64,000 nucleotides of DNA from a virus. Under the pieces are notes generated by a model. It was not told where the DNA came from. It saw only the letters and a program-made list of their open reading frames with translations, and did no database searches. Within the stretch, counting starts at the first letter, position 1; every line of letters begins with the position of its first letter. Where the stretch lies: the IMG/VR virus record IMGVR_UViG_3300045988_149625; one strand, written 5' to 3'. Both the position numbers and the translations under genes were made by a program. Shown here piece after piece: positions 63,433 through 64,000 of this stretch.

Positions 63433-63461
63433 TTGACTTTGCGGAAAAGGTATGCTATAAT
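63433..63461 (+). promoter_or_regulatory. sigma-70-like promoter
   Basis: ttgact at 63433-63438 and tgctataat ending at 63461. Confidence 0.4.
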
Positions 63462-63494
63462 ATAGTCAAGTTAAAGTTAGGAGGTAACAAAAGC

Positions 63495-63626
63495 ATGGAT
63501 GATTATGGTTACGATATTCCAGAACGCTTTAAAGCGGCACTAGAGGAATGGAAAAGAGATAATCCTGATATTCAGAAGCTTTGTGAAGAGCTTGACAACA
63601 AAGTTATTATTAAGGAGGTAATGTAA
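63495..63626 (+). CDS. hypothetical very small protein (43 aa)
   Basis: RBS aggaggtaacaaaagcATG. Confidence 0.3.
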   Translation: MDDYGYDIPERFKAALEEWKRDNPDIQKLCEELDNKVIIKEVM

Positions 63627-63627
63627 C

Positions 63628-63978
63628 ATGAAAAAAAGATATTATGTACTTTGGGACAATGACGAATTGCAAGGCTGTACAGCGGAAAGCAAGGCGGCGG
63701 CAATGAAAGCAGCAAGAGCTTATAAACGTGCCTGGTGTACCGCTGATAAGCCGCTGAAGGCGTTTACAGAGGATGAAGCAATAGCTTACAGAAAACATAA
63801 ATGCTTGCAAAACATAGCGGACATGAAGGAAAGTTGCAGCTATTGGGACGATTTGAAAAAGTACGTTCCGCTGTATGAAAGAGGTTACAAAGTGCTTGAA
63901 AAGCTTTTAAAGCATAACCATGATATTGACAAGTCTAATCATTTAATTCTTGCGATATTATCCAACATGCCAAGGTAA
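63628..63978 (+). CDS. hypothetical protein
   Basis: 116 aa. RBS aaggaggtaatgtaacATG. Confidence 0.4.
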   Translation: MKKRYYVLWDNDELQGCTAESKAAAMKAARAYKRAWCTADKPLKAFTEDEAIAYRKHKCLQNIADMKESCSYWDDLKKYVPLYERGYKVLEKLLKHNHDIDKSNHLILAILSNMPR

Positions 63979-64000
63979 ATTGTTCCCTGCTTCGGCAGGG

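Noticed and set aside
1-64000. CRISPR arrays, integrase/attachment sites, rRNA/tRNA genes
   Set aside because: I saw no regularly spaced direct repeats with unique spacers, no tyrosine/serine recombinase motifs, and no convincing cloverleaf-forming tRNA sequences. The window gives no evidence of lysogeny.

Overview
This window looks like a contiguous 64 kb stretch of a tailed dsDNA phage genome (siphovirus-like), transcribed entirely on the + strand. I did not find any convincing gene on the - strand. GC is low (roughly mid-30s %). Almost every gene has a strong GGAGG-type Shine-Dalgarno. Many sigma-70-like TTGACA-N17-TATAAT promoters are present. Phage homologues of SpoVS and XhlA point to a spore-forming Firmicute host (Clostridia or Bacilli).

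Gene order along the window:
- **1 to ~2.1 kb:** a partial head/connector module.
- **~2.1 to 13 kb:** a lambda-like tail module. It has a major tail protein, a G/GT chaperone pair with a -1 slippery site, a 1634-aa tape measure, and gpM/L/K/I-J-like tip proteins.
- **~12.7 to 22.2 kb:** a fibre locus. It holds glycine-rich fibres, a radical-SAM/SPASM enzyme, a complete diversity-generating retroelement (DGR: target gene with C-type-lectin variable repeat, adenine-specific template repeat, reverse transcriptase) and a tail-collar fibre.
- **24.4 to 25.4 kb:** an XhlA-holin-M15 endolysin lysis cassette.
- **~25.5 to 64 kb:** a long early/replication region.

The early region carries an SF2 helicase, a DnaC-like loader, a DnaB-like helicase, a DnaG-like primase and an HU-like protein. 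It also has a family-A DNA polymerase interrupted in motif B by a group I intron with an HNH-like ORF, RecA-like and Cas4-like proteins, PD-(D/E)XK and VRR-NUC nucleases, and SpoVS. A 7-deazaguanine-type DNA-modification set is present (QueC, a DpdA/TGT-like protein, and a QueE-like protein without its Fe-S cysteines). A ThyX-like gene is split by an ORF-less group I intron. An N-terminal-OB RNA ligase carries a LAGLIDADG intein next to its KxDG motif. Two metallophosphoesterases follow. Finally there are about 20 near-identical promoter-RBS-small-gene cassettes, several of them encoding very acidic proteins.

The most unusual locus is the fibre region. A sactisynthase-like radical-SAM/SPASM enzyme sits between glycine-rich fibres and the DGR-diversified receptor-binding protein. 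The RT gene's conserved N-terminal extension is separated from its RBS and start codon by an in-frame TGA.

All start and splice coordinates are inferred by eye from the sequence. Family assignments rest on recognisable motifs, not on database searches.
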